In this document: positions 1 to 17,622 of the stretch, piece after piece
Numbering within the stretch: the first letter of the stretch is position 1
Layout of the letters: each line of letters begins with the position of its first letter
Source of the DNA: Vermamoeba vermiformis
Lineage: Eukaryota
Reading direction: 5' to 3'
Assembly: GCA_045837725.1 (NCBI GenBank)
Contig: JBEWZL010000126.1
Location: 310,001-374,000 of the forward strand
DNA: 64,000 nt
Made by a program: the position numbers and the translations under genes
Notes under the pieces: model-generated
What the model saw: only the letters and a program-made list of their open reading frames with translations
Databases searched by the model: none
What the model was told of the DNA's origin: nothing

Positions 1-3513
<3,513 letters not shown>

Positions 3514-3845
3514 GTCTGAACTTTACTACAAGGAACCTGAAAATTAAATTAATATGAAATTATAATTTAAAAGTACTTTGTTTTTAATAATAGAGGGCTC
3601 ATATCGATAAAGAAAGACTTTAAATGGAAGATCTATTCTTTGTTGCGTATTCTTATTTGTGTTGCGAAATTACCTTTGCAACGCGTATTATTCGGGTTAA
3701 TATTTGACTGTATAATACAATAATGTCTTGGCAAATGCTTTATGTGCGATCTAATCGCAGAAATTTAGTAAAATGAAAATTAGAACAGAAACCCTCTTTT
3801 TCGTTCACAACACCATGCAGGACCACAATATATAACAATAATACA

Positions 3846-5853
3846 ATGTCAAGTAGAAAGCCCGTAATTGTAGTCGACGATGAGGATAAGTTTGCAGATG
3901 GAACGGATCTGAACTTCAAAACAGATGAAGAGTTGGCTATTTTACTTCAAAGTGAAGAAAATGAAAGATTATATACTAATATTGAAGATTTATTGGATGA
4001 TGACAGTACTAGCGAATTAATAGCTGATGCAGCTGACGATTTAATTGAGGAACTTGATCCCGAACCTTTTCCAGGTAATTAATCCTGATATAATTAATTA
4101 AAATATTACCATATAAATATTGGATTTTTATTGTGATGGCAATCCATGAATTTGGTTTTCAACCATAATTTAATTCAATTTTTTTTAATTCAGACATTCG
4201 CGATCTGTTCATTGCTTACAACGCCAAATACTTCAGTCAAAGATTAAATTCAGTAGAAGTTAAATGGAGCCCAAAAATGACATTGTAAGTCCTTTATAAT
4301 TACTAGCACTTCAGATCCAGTTACGTGTTCCTAATGACAAAAATTATTTAATAGATGTGCGGGATTATGTTGCTATGAGCGAGGAGGATATTGTGTGATT
4401 AAAATGAGCGAGCCTATATTAAAATTTAGAACGAAGAAAGATCTTGTTGACACACTCTTGGTACGGATCCAATATCACGCATTGGTTTCAGAATACTGAT
4501 GTTATATTTAGCACGAAATGATCCACGCATATTTATTCGTTACTAGGAATAATAAGGATAGAGATGGACATGGTCCTGAATTTACAAAGGTAAGGATCTT
4601 GGATCTGGATCGAATTATAACGGGTGTTAATTTTTGTCTGTAGCTCATGAACGAGATTAATAAGAGTGGTCATAATATCACTGTGTATCATAATTTTCAC
4701 GACGAAGTCAATTTGTACAGAAACCACTGGTGGCAGTGCGATAAATGTAAAAATATTGTTAAGCGGGCAATGAACCGCGCACCTTCACCAAACGATCCAT
4801 GGTACGTATTAATATAGCTAATAATGGCAATAATAGCGATTCATAACCTTATTTTGAAGGTGGCATTCGCACGAGCAAAAATGTGGCGGAAAATATACGA
4901 AAATTAAAGAGCCCGAAGATTACGGTAAAAAGAAAGGTATGCGAATAATTAGCTGTAGAATGGTCGGTATAATTACTAATATTTCCTTTTTAGGCAAAAA
5001 GAGGAAAAGAAAGGAAGAAGACGAGGAGTACAAAGAGGAAGAAAAAATTACAAAATTTTTCAAGAAAGACAATGGCGAGAAAATTAAAGCAGAGCCGAAA
5101 GAGAATAATACTTCCGAGAATAAGATTAACGAAAATAACAATATTAAGAGATAAATAAGTGCCTCTCAAGAACTGAAAATTTCACGGGACGATGTTAGCG
5201 AGGACAAAATTTCTGGACCGAGCTTGCCGAATAACTTTCCAAAAATAGAATTTGATAGCGATGTTGAAGAACAAGAACTAATTAGGAAACCGAAAAAGAA
5301 AGGAATTTCAAGTCTGGCGAACAGCACGGACGAATTGATGAATATTAGTAGCGACAGTTTGACGAATAAGAATAACGCTGTCAATAATATCAATGATGTT
5401 AATATGAAAGATGAAGATATAGGATTTGATATTAGTGAAGAAGAGAGGCGGATCCAGCGTGAAATTCTTGCACAAGCCGCGCTCAAAAGATTCAATACGA
5501 ATAACAATACAAGCGTAAAAATAGAACCAAGGCACCATAATGTGAACGTAACAAATATTACCAACAATAATAATAATGTACAGTTAAATAAGACAGAAAT
5601 AATACGAAGGAACGAAAAAACACTTACGGAAGAATGTCCGATCTGCAGCAAGAAAATCAGCGGCACTGATGTTGAAATCACAATTCACGTCGAGAAATGC
5701 CTATCTGGCGCTGTCTCATCACCTGAACGTACTAACGGCACGAGTGAAAGGAAAATCAAAGACGAACCGTCACGGCACAAGCAGCAACAGGAAGTCAAGT
5801 TCCAATTGGGCGATAATCTCATTGTCGATGACGATGTAGTTGTATTAGATTGA
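3846..5853 (+). CDS. SPRTN: SprT-family DNA-protein crosslink metalloprotease (Spartan-like); in-frame TAA at 5152-5154
   Basis: WSPKMTLCAG, HEMIHAYLF, GHGPEF, HWWQCDKC..KRAMNRAPS; C-terminal UBZ (CPICSKK..HVEKCL). Confidence 0.9.
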
Positions 5854-6032
5854 ATTTGCTTGTCTATTAACTGACACGATAGACGTCAATAAATACGTAG
5901 CTCAGCAGATGTCAACCCTTCAACTTAAGAACAGCGCTCTACTATCTTGGAATATGCCTTAATATATCGCGAGTTATTTATAGGGTTTATTACTGTTTAA
6001 TTCAATTAGTGTGCTACAAAGCGAGCGTCAGC

Positions 6033-6635
6033 TTAAACTGTCAAAGCCAAGTAATACAAGTAGCCAATAACAGTAGCACTAGCAGTCCAAATCATTGATC
6101 TCAACGAAGCTTGATCTATTGGAGAACATAATTAATTAAAGACCAACCAATTATGTCTTTGCTCAGAACTCGACTCGATCAACTTACTCATAAATACGGC
6201 CATAATGTAAGCACAGCGAAGAGCAACGTACACCAAACATGCATTATTTACATTGTATAAAGGGGCACCTATAGTCATATGATTAATTGCGCCCTGTTAA
6301 ATTCGGAAAATTAATTACTTCGGACCAAGCACAAGATCACGGCTGCCGCGTAGGGTCCAAAATTTTCGAGTGAATTATGGTGCGCTGCGTCGAATCTCTT
6401 GACGGCGGCAATCTATAATTTTGGTAATTAAATCGCTGGTGATTTTTAATTATTTTTTCAATTTAATTACCAGAGCAGGATCAGCTTTTTTGGCTTGCAA
6501 ACGCTCTATAGTAGATCTAGGGTCAGCATTATCATGACCACCCTTTACTTTAGCTGCATAAGCGTGCTTCATAACGTGAGGCAAGTAAGCCAATGCCCAA
6601 AACGCAACTACACTTCCAATAGCAATTGTAGCCAT
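6033..6635 (-). CDS. MAPEG-family membrane protein, copy 1
   Basis: 4 exons; DNADPR and RFDAAHHNSLENFGPYAAAVI motifs; hydrophobic helices. Confidence 0.85.
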
Positions 6636-6876
6636 TTCTTTTACTTTACTATGGTATTGTTATTTCGTGTGGTAGTGCAATTGATGATACAAATGAATAA
6701 TTAATTATTAACAGCGAGACGAAAATTGGCCTTCAGAAGTTTTTGGGAAGCTAAAATCTCTCGTTCAATGGATCTATGATTCAAAAACATTGTTTATTAA
6801 TTACAACATAGTTGTTAATAACACCAATGAACTTGCAAATCTTTTATTTTCGCGCCTAATGTCCCGCGAAAGATTT

Positions 6877-7483
6877 TTACGCTTTGAGCGCCAAATAATA
6901 CAAATAGCCAACGCATGAAACACTAGCCATCCACATCAGCGAGCGCATAGAAGCAGCGTCTATTAGTATTCAAATTATGATTAGTATCTAATTATATTGC
7001 AGCGTAATTAAAAAGCGCGCCAGATCTTACTTGCCGAAACAGCGATTAAATAGAGGACTCTAAGAGCTACAAATGCCATAGACGCAGTATTTACTGCTCC
7101 AATAGGTGCCTCTGTAAGTTTGTTAATTAAATAACGGTCGCGGAACGTCGTAAAAATATTCTTACTGCGGATCAAAGCAAAAATTACGGCTGCAGCAAAA
7201 GGAGCAAAATTTTCGAGCGAATTATTATGCGCTGCTTCGTATCTCTTGACGGCTGCAATCTACATAACAATATTAACTAATTTTAGAAAATTAATAAGGA
7301 ATTTTCTGAGCTTACAATTTTCGGATCTGCTCTGGCAGCTTGCAAGCGCTCAACAGTTGACCTAGGATCGCTGTTTTCATAGCCTTGGGCAACTTTTCTT
7401 GCTTGAGCATGCTTCATCATGTGAGGAAGGTAAGCTAGTGCGTAGAAAGCAACGACACATCCAATAGCAATAGTACTCGACAT
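6877..7483 (-). CDS. MAPEG-family membrane protein, copy 2
   Basis: Paralog with RYEAAHNNSLENFAPFAAAVI and the same exon layout. Confidence 0.85.
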
Positions 7484-7700
7484 CTTGTTGTGTTGTTAAC
7501 AATATTGAATATAGATATTACACTAGCGACAAAACGTGGTGTTTGAGATTTTGTAAGTGGAAACGACACTCGTAAAAAACTTGATACGAATGGCAATTTA
7601 TTAATTTGCCGAATATTATGAACATAATTATGATTTTAAGTTGCTTATTTACAGTATTTTCTTATTTAAAGGAGAATAAGTCTGGCATCGTACTACAGAT

Positions 7701-8317
7701 CTAAGCTTTCAAGGCCAAATAGAACAAGTAGCAGATGCAACCGGCGCTTCCAAGCCAAAAGCGCGTTCTCCATTTATCCTTGTCTAGAAATTACCGAATT
7801 AATTTCATGTCTTTGCAACTTTGAAAACTTTTTGACGGATCTTGGACTTACTGACGACTACAGCGCCAAAGTAAAGGCTTCTAAAGGCAATAAACGCTAT
7901 CGCTGCATTATTAACGCTTTGAATAGGTGCATCTAAGAGGAAGCAGTCAATACAAGCGTGGGAAAGCTAAGAAAACTGGGGACGGCGAAATTATCTTACT
8001 GCGGATCAAGGCCAAAATAATTGCAGCAGCGTAAGGACCAAAATTTTCGAGCGCATTAGCGTGCGCTGATTCATATCTCTTGACAAACGCAATCTAAATG
8101 GGAAATTAATATCTTTTTCTTCTTCTGGATAAATTTTAATTTATACCTTCTTAGGATCTACATTCTGCGCTTGCATGCGCTCCACTGTGGATCTAGGATC
8201 GCTATTATCATAAGCACCTTTCCAGTCAGGGCGGTCAGTGAAAGCACGCTTAACAAAGTGAGGCAGGTAAGCCAAGGCATAAAAAGCCACGACAGATCCT
8301 ACGGCAATAGTTGACAT
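7701..8317 (-). CDS. MAPEG-family membrane protein, copy 3
   Basis: MSTIAVGSVVAFYALAYLPH...RYESAHANALENFGPYAAAII; same exon layout; not in the ORF track. Confidence 0.85.
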
Positions 8318-9015
8318 TTATGGTGTTTCTTCTTCGTTTTGTTTAATTTGAAATGACACGCAAATTTTGTCGCGCTTTATATCTCAAAATTCCCCGCGTT
8401 CCGCCACGAGAAGGTTCTGTGCGGTCTCCGAACGACGGCTTGATCATTTTCTCGGCAACGGAGCGAGGGAACCACGTAAGCGCCGGGACTAACGAAGAGA
8501 CTAACGTAGTCCAGAGAAGGTTCGACAATTTTTTTCGAATCTGTCAACAAACCTTCTGTGCAATTTTTTAAGAATAATTTTCTCTTTCAAATGCTTATTT
8601 CTTTGCATTATAGACCGATTAACAAGGGTTTAAATCTACGCCAGGTACACAAACTGTCAATCTTGTCTAGACCGTAGATCTGGCTTGAATTGAATTCAAT
8701 TCGTGCGAACCAAAGACAACTGCCTGCACAACTGTCGAAATGGGCATCTTCTACTACTTAATAAGCATCAAATCTAACCGACACAGATCTCAATTGGATC
8801 TAGGCAGATCTGAATACGGGATTCATTTTATGGGTCACAAAATAATAATCATTCGGACAAGATGATCTCGTGCCTAAGCTATTACTTTATGCACCAAATA
8901 TTTAAATTTGGATGGCGGGAGAACACCGATATTACACACTTTGGCCAGCTAGGGTAGATCACACCGTCAAAAGCGTTTTTATTTCAGTTTATTCAAATCC
9001 AATACAAGACCACAA

Positions 9016-9949
9016 ATGATCGGCAAACTTATTTGGATCTTTTCTGTAGCTCTCTTGGTTACAGCAACCGCGACAGCTGACGGTATGTTGCCGATCTCGC
9101 AATTGATTAATTTCAATTTGTTGCAATTTATTTTTTTCTATCTGATTACTAATGCTTTATTTAGAAAAAGCTCAGCGAATTGCTGACAGCATCCAAGTAA
9201 AGATCTTCGCCATGCCCATGTTAAGCCAAAACATAACGTTGGACATTACCCAAGACTCGACTATTTACTTGCTTCCTGGAGAGAATGCCTACTTCGATTT
9301 TAGTACCGCCTACTCGTTTTACGGATCCGATCGCAGGTGGATTTGGATCGTCAATGGCGAGGAACAAGCCCCTAGCTCGCAACCAAGTTGGCAAGGAGCC
9401 TTCCTTAATTACAACCCCTTGGAGAAGCCTAAAATGACAGCGCAACTTAAGCTGAGAAATTCAGCCGGCGAAACTTTGACTCCGGCAATCACAAGCACGT
9501 TGATGGTGAGCCCAAAAATCACAACGGCACTACCCGAATCAATTACTGCTACTGAAGGCGAAGAGTTTGATGTCTCAGTAGGCGTTAACTCCGATCAAAG
9601 AACATTGTTCACTTGGGGAATCAACAACAAAACCCTGCCAGATCACACTTCAAAAATCACGTTTATTCCAAATATGGAAATGGACGGAAAAACCCTTGGT
9701 GTCCTTGCAGTTAACTTTATGGGCGCTGCTACTAGCACTACAATTCTTCACGTCAAGATGGCACCGTGGAAGATCGCGCTGATCGTCATTTTTGTTGTCT
9801 TGGCCGTTGCAGGTCTCGCAGCTGGCGCATTATTCTTCCTCAAAAAGAAGGGTTATATTGGCAAGAATACCGTGGAATACGTCAACACGCCTACTCCTAT
9901 GAGCAATGATGACGATAACGGACTTCTCGAAAGCGATGAAGACATTTAA
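9016..9949 (+). CDS. Type I membrane protein with two Ig-like domains
   Basis: Signal-peptide exon, PKITTALPESITATEGEEF..FTWGIN..AVNFMG (Ig I-set pattern), TM helix followed by KKKG, acidic dileucine tail. Confidence 0.75.
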
Positions 9950-10118
9950 TACATTTCATAGTAATCCTATTAATAAACATACGCGGCATATTAGTACAAT
10001 ATACTATAATTTTAACGCGTAATCTTTAAAAATCGTTTGAATGTTGAGGTAAAAATCTGACGTTTTGATAAACTTTTTTTTTTGACCTTCTTACGACCTC
10101 CTTAGCACAGCTCTCACT

Positions 10119-13100
10119 ATGGAGAAGGTACAAAAAGCGTAAGTAGAGTTAATTACTCAATCTGTCAGCGTGCATCTGATCTTTTGTGAAGATCTGCTTT
10201 CAACGACAAGCTTCCGATTTTACTATCGGATTTAAAATTATTTAAAGTGGCTACAGCTGCTTTTATATTCGAAGGTAATTATTAGTAATTTTCCAAGGAG
10301 ATTTTACGAAGTGACTTCTAAATCTATCTACAGAAACGAAAGAAGAGCCAGTCGAGTCTTACCCGAAAGATTTTGCAAATTATTTATCCGAGCAAGTTGG
10401 TCAACATGTCCATTCGGTAATTATAGTCAAGTTTAACGCGTGATCTGAGTATTTATATTTTTTTATACCAACAATAATTTTCTAAAAATGCGGCAATGAT
10501 TCTACTCGTCATTATCGATTAATTCACGTCGATTTAGCACTAAAATAGCACTTATTGTCGCGATTTAATAATATTGATTGCATTTTTAGACGTTTTTTAA
10601 AATTTCGTCGTATAAATTTCATATTTATTCAATTAATTAAAATGGGCGCTTAATTACCTCTATATAGACACTTACTAACAATTACATTCAACAGCTCTGC
10701 TTTTTATACCCAGATGCGTGTCAAGCTGGACAACCACCGAGATTTCATACATTTGTAATCACTTCTGAAGTCGGAATTAGACAATATGGACACTGCCTAT
10801 CATTCAGACTCAAAGATCAAAAGAAATCTATGGCAATCTGCGTATTGTCAAGTCATTTACATTTAGAGCCAATGAAACAATTCCTATACCGATGTTTTGT
10901 GGACTATTATTTGCCTGAAAATGTAAGCATAATTTAAATTATATCTCACTATTCAATTTTCTAAATACAGACCCATTCAATAGTAATCAAAATATTTTTT
11001 GATATTATTTCCGAAACGTCATTTAACAATCCCAAAAAATCTTTATCGATATCGTACGAGTCTAAAAATAACACCATTATATTTCAGAATGACTATCGTA
11101 TTGGATTTGTGCCTAGAGTAACAGTTCTGATCGATGAATTGATTGCGCCGCCTGGATCTAAATTGACGTACACTTTATACGGTCCCAATCGCAAAACAGA
11201 ACTTCCTATAACATTTACTATACCTTCAAACTCAGTTGATAAGATTCCACGGGCTATTGTAAGTACTGAACATATTTTCCGAAAACTTTTTTTTCTAAAT
11301 CCGATCTGAAAGTTCTTAAAACGGTTTCCGACTAATTCTTTTGCAGCTAAATTTAGAGTTGCTATTCGAAGTATTCCGAATTGGAGATATTATCAAGTTA
11401 TTCGAAGCTCTATTATTGACAAAGACGATCTGCTTCATTTCTGAAAAACCTTCGATGCTGATGCACGTAACAACGGCCCTATCACAATTATTGTGGCCGT
11501 TTGATTTAGAAGTCATTTCATTCTTTCCAATTGCTCCAATGCAACTCTGGGAACAGAACAGCGAAATTTTATTCCAAGGTAAGTATGACACTTTTGACAC
11601 CTGTCATTTCCTAACCCGCAGCATCTTGCCGTTGAAATTAACCTTATCTTGTCGACAGCGCCGTTCCCGATGGTTTTTGGTATTCCCAAACAATATGGCA
11701 AAGAAAATCTGCTAACGGTATACGACATTTTACCCCTGTGCGCAAACACTGACATGTACGTCGTGGACATTGACGCTGGGCAAGTTGCAGTTAGTGCTGG
11801 AACCAAGCAGTACCTGCCTGATAATATCAAGAAGTAAGCAAAACTTTAACGTTAATGACACGTGTCATCCAAACGAGATTTTTCATTTTTTGTACCGGAG
11901 ACTAATATCACTTTTTTAGGTCATTGGCCACGGAGTTGGAACAAATTTTGTACCCAGAAGTAGCATACAGTGATATTGTTGGCGCCAAGCCACGTGTGAT
12001 GACTTCCGAAGAACGACAGAAGGAGATCCAAGGAGCTTTCTTTAAAGCCATCGCTGAGATCTTTGACGGCATTGACTTTTCATCTGAAGTCATGGAACTC
12101 AAGCAACAAATCGGCTCTAAGAACACCGTAAGTACTATAATCCATTTTTGTGAAATTTCATACCGATCCAGTTTTCATATCCGATTCTTCGTTGAGTAGT
12201 TACTAACTAAACTTTTATATAGCCGTTCTATAAACAACTTGAGGAGAGTAGTATAGTGTATACAAAGACAAATCTTTCCGCGCCAAACAGTCTTTTGGTC
12301 ATTGGTCGAAAGTGGCGCGTTCGCACGTATTCAAAACACTTCGAAGATACACCTTACGAGCCTCAATTTTTTGAACCAAAACATCAATTAGGTAAGCACT
12401 ACAAAGCCAATCGCTTACTGCTGAACTATATGCATCTTCTCGTCACGTGACTTTCCAAATTTGGCTGCGATTTTTTTGTTCGGGATTGACTCACGATTGA
12501 TTTTCTTCTCTTATTAGTGAAAGTCGGAGAAAATCAGAGCTGGGACACTAGAGTATTGATGAAAGAACGATTAGAAGAATTAACAAAAGCACCGCCCAAG
12601 AACAACGACTTGACGGCCAAGAAAATTCATCTGTTCAATTTATGGCGCAAAGAAGCCATCGTAGAAATGTTCAATTTATTGACCAATCAGGAGAAGCCGT
12701 CATTAATTGAACTGATCAGCGATGACGTTTTGGAAACTTTATTGCACAAAGTGCCCAAAGAAGTCTTGCAGACGGTCAAAAGTTTAGATACTTATCCACC
12801 AAGAATAGAGAGATTTATTTTGAAGACCGCAAAATTAGCGCAAATTGCACCGGCCACGAAGAAATTATTCGATTTGTTGACAATGCGAGATCTGAGCGAG
12901 AACGAAATTAAGGACTTGATCGCTCAAGGCGGTGATTTGGATTCACTGAATCAATTTGGTACGTGCCCCATTTTGACACTTTATGAAATTCCACGGCTTT
13001 TGCCTCAAGCTCTGGCATTCCAAAAAATGACACTTTGACACTTTGACTTTTTTTGACTTTCGGTCATTTTCAGGTGAAACCGTGCTCTTCGTAGCAGCAC

Positions 13101-15748
13101 AAAACGGTCGACTGGGCTCGTGTTTAGTGCTCATCGACCAAGGCGCACCAATCACAAACGACTTGTTGTACTATTTGTGCAACATTTTGCCACGCACTGA
13201 AAAGATGTACTTTGAGTTCGTGCAAGTCACGATCAAACTCGTGCTCCAAGGTAAAAATATCTTCCTTGACACCTGTTAGACTTACCACGTGATTTTTTCA
13301 GGCTTTGATATTAACGAAGGCAAAAAACCGTTGCAAAAGTTGTTGTCGAAGGATTACTTGTCATTACCGTCGGTCGAATTCTTATTGAAGCTGGGTGCTG
13401 ACCCTAGTATTACCGATGAGTAAGTCCCAGCCTCACCTCAATATTACCTTATTTGGAATATTTCATTTACTCTCGATCGATCACGAGTGCCCGAAACCCC
13501 GTGTCCGACACGAATTGTTTACATTTGTTGCTGAAAAGTACCGCGGCTTAGTACTAATATGGTGTTGTTTTTAGGACCGGCAAGACATTAATTGACTGGA
13601 TGTTAACGCTAGAAAATGATTCGGCACTCGAAGTCATTTGGCTCTTGTTACGCTTTGGCTTCAATGTCACTTCTTTCCCGAAACTCAAGCAAGCTGTGCA
13701 ATCCTCCATGGCTGCTAGAAAAGGCTCTATTATCGTCTCTAAGATCGTTAATGGTAAGATTAGGTCTCTTTCCTAATTAGGAAATGCTGGACTAATTGAT
13801 TTATTTCAGCGTTCTCCGATGATGTCAAATTCACTGAACGAGCTGGAGATTACTTGGAGCCAGCAACTTCGGCTTATGTTTCGGCATGGCTATTACCATA
13901 TATGGAAATTTTTCGTACTGACTTGTTTTTTCAGTTCTGTGAAACGCTGCAGAAGAGCGTTTTGTTTTTGGATTATATGTGCCACGTAAGACTAATGGAT
14001 TAATCAATATATATATTAATATATTTTTTAATTTTAATCTATCAGAGAGTTATTCCTGCAATGCACAGCCAAGATCTGCTTGCACTGGTCCCAGCGGATG
14101 CGCTTCGTAAACTCTTGTTCGCGAACAAACAATTGATGCTCGATGTGTTTAAGATCAACGCTACTTATGGATTTTCTGGATTTGAGAAAGTCATTGGAGT
14201 CCTACAAAATTATTTGACGCAGTACAGCTCATTTTATGAGGACATTGCGAGCGTCTTGGACGAAGATCAGATCCGCAAATGTTTGAAGAAGCATTCTGAA
14301 CACTCATTGACACTTAAGGTAACGCATATATACATCTATGAATAGCAAACTTAGTGAAAATCACTTCCGTGAAAAAAATTGGATCAGATCCAAAGATATT
14401 TTAGGAAAAAATATTTATATTTCGTTTTTTCTTAGAATATTGCCCAAACGGAAAGTCACAACATGACTTTTACATTCACGCCAGTCATGCCAGCCGAACT
14501 GACCTTCCCTCAAGTGATGAACAACATTTTGCGCTTTTTGTTCACTTTCATCGATTTGCTCAACGTAAGTTTACGTTTGCTATTGGTGGCATATACTTAA
14601 ATTTCCTTTTTTAGATCATTAAAATGTCGTTCCCTGATGTTAAAGAAGTCGTGAACCAATTGAAAGCCGTCGCTCAAAAAACTTCAAAATTCACCAATGA
14701 ACGCATTTTGAACTCATTAGGCGTCGCCAGTCTTCTTCAAGTACGCAATATTTCCTTATTAGGAAGGAAGTAATCCTGTTCACTAACGACCACTTTCCTT
14801 TTGTAGAGCAACCCGACTCGATTTTTGATCAAGCACGGTGAGCTGTCATTGATCAAGAGCCAAGAGAAGGGCAGTGACAAAGAAGACACAGCACGTGTTT
14901 TGTTGTTCTCAGACACGCTCATCATTAGCGGCACTTCACCTGCACCCATCGTGTTGCCTACTTCATCGCTGTTCATCTACGACATCCCTGACTTTTCAGG
15001 TATGTCAAATCAAGTGACACGTGTCAACTGTCACATTCATGAAAACTATCGTGAAGAATTTTCCTAATGAGTTATTTATATTTGCAGCTATGTCAAAGAA
15101 GACGTTCTTGTTGGCGAGTGGCAAAAGCACGTACATTTTAGCGTCAAAAGTGACTGAAGATAAATTGGACTGGATGCGCTCACTTTATCGCGTCTCGTTC
15201 AATGTAAGTTATACCTTTGTTATATAGACATATAATAGATTGCTTATGTGCTTGTTACAGGCCTCTATTAAGAACGGAAAATATTTCGGCGTGGATTCGG
15301 TAAGCATTGCTGTGACGCTGGACTTGCCTTATTTGGAAATACTAACACATTTATTATAGTACGCTATGTTTGGCAAGTTCGTTCATGAAGATTTTATCGA
15401 CATTAAATCATCTGTGCTCACTTGGCAATGTTTCCATTGTCGATTGCACGAGCATCATTTGGTGCTATTTTTGGACGAAAGAGTAAGCACTTTCCATAAA
15501 AGGAAACATATACATAGTATTAACGCGGCACCTAGGACAAATACCCCGTGGTCGCTATTAATTTAAAGAAATTCTATTTGGTCTCGGGCAAGCAAAACAC
15601 ACTGTGGCTCCACGACAAAAAAGCACGCTATTCGATGCCTCAAATAGGATTGCGTTGCAATAAGAAGAGTTATTATAGCACTAATGACTGGAAACACGTG
15701 CTACAAGGCTACTTTGGTACTATTTGGGAAGAAACTAGCCTTTCTTAA
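10119..15748 (+). CDS. DENN + ankyrin repeat + degenerate DH/PH protein (multi-exon)
   Basis: uDENN FHTFVITSEVGIRQYGHCL, cDENN ALSQLLWPF/APFPMVFG, ankyrin GETVLFVAAQNG, PH RFLIKHGEL..LLFSD..DKLDWMRSL. Exons join in frame. Confidence 0.8.
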
Positions 15749-15798
15749 ACGTCGATCCGGATCCAGATCTTAAACCAAATTATTTCGGCTTTATTTAT

Positions 15799-17622
15799 TT
15801 ACGATTTCTGATCAGGGTCGGAATCTTTCATGTAATAAATATCACTAGTATTGTTATTAGCATTATTAGCATTACTGTTTCCTAAAGTCAATGGCTGAAC
15901 TGTCGAAGTTTCGTTCAAAGAAGTTGACAGCAAACTCATTTTGTCTTGCGTCCAAAGCCCAAAAACTCCGCCAGTGTGCACGAACAAGACATTCCTATTT
16001 TGGAATAGTTGGCCTGATTCATATAACATTCCTCGAACTGCTTTGAGCGTGTACGCCGGATCCAAAATGACACCTGTGAAAAAAATTAGTTGACACGTGA
16101 TCAAAAGTGTCAAATGCAAGCCTGCACCATACTTGTCTCCAACGCGATGTCTCTTAACAATTTTATCTCTTCTTCAGTATTCTTATTATATCCGCGGCCT
16201 TTGTACCCGTCAATTATATTCACACATTCTTCGCTCGTCTTTGGGAACTTGAACGCCGCGAATATTTCATTGATGTGTCTGTCCAAATAAATATTATTAC
16301 GATACATATTACCCACAAATAATTCGAATTTCATAGAAAAAAACTCTTGATACGAACTAAATAAAGTAATTTGTGGAAAGTTTCCTATTAATTCGAAGCG
16401 TAATGTGACTGCAGGCCTTAATCAATATTATAGGCAGTTTTTTGTGCTTACTTGTGAAAATATCTGGCATCATTCGAGACACAAACAGGATGCACTTTAA
16501 TGCCCAAATGATCCAAGCCCAACACCAGTCCTGCTGCTGTACCGCCAGTGCCACATGCCACCACGACGTCGTCTATTTTCATATCGTTTGACTGCATTTG
16601 TGCAATGATTTCTTGCGCTGCCTCAATGTATCCCCATGTGCCTAACGGACTATTAAAAAAAGTTTAATACGGACTTTCCAAATAAGGAAATTTCATCGAT
16701 GTTTGTTGCGATTCGTACTTGGATCCTCCTAGCGGAATAACACATGGATTTTTTCCCTTGGCTCGTAAGTCATTGGCGAATTTCATTAACATGCGGTCTT
16801 TAAACCAAAGGTCAGTACAAAACTTTTTATCAGGTTCATCAATTATATTCTATATTCTATTCTTACCATTCCCGCCCAATTTCTTGACTTGATCCGGCGT
16901 GAAAATGTGAATTTGACTGCCGCACAATCGATCAAGCAGCAAATTGCCTAAGTTTACGTTATTAGCCTACATAATGAAACGACATGTTATTTTATAATTC
17001 CATTAATGTCATATATAGTGGTACTTTTACATTTTTATCAAATTACCTTCAAGAGTGTCACTGACTTCGTGCGTTTCATTTCGTAACAACAAATAGGGCT
17101 CAAGACCGAGGCGTCTGGCTGCCATAGCTAAGTTGCGATTATATTAATATCATAGTAGTATTAATAAATTATATGCATTCGTGATATTTGAAGTACCTGT
17201 GGCTCGGCAGTGGTTGGATTGGATCCCGCCAGCTGTGATAACGCAATCACTGCCTTTATCAATAGCATCTGCCAATAAAAATTCTAATTTTCGAGCCTTA
17301 TTTCCGGATAATACGAAATCAGCGAGATCATCGCGCTTGATGTAGTAATTGGATGCAGGATCTAATTTAAATTATTTAGTTAATTCTCAATAATTTCTCA
17401 ATATGAAAATCTGATAGTATAATTGATAGAACGATAATATTTACCAATATTAGAATATTCCTTATTTTTCTTGAGTCGATCTAGATTCCACTTTTCAATT
17501 GGCGTTGGATAACCAGCAAGCTTTATTTTATATCTAGGGACGAAACCATCTGGTAATTTAGATACGTCGATCCATGATGGCGGCGTATATTTTATTAATA
17601 ACGCTCGTGCAACTGTGTTCAT
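15799..17622 (-). CDS. D-cysteine desulfhydrase (ACC deaminase/D-CDes PLP family)
   Basis: [43 protein letters not shown] and HTGG are D-CDes-type, not the E/L pair of ACC deaminase. Confidence 0.9.

Noticed and set aside
5152-5154. TAA codon reassignment (non-standard genetic code)
   Set aside because: TAA ends many genes here, only two internal cases were seen, and conserved genes have none.
15799-17622. ACC deaminase
   Set aside because: Diagnostic positions are Thr/Thr (AYTLK, HTGG), which indicates D-cysteine desulfhydrase.
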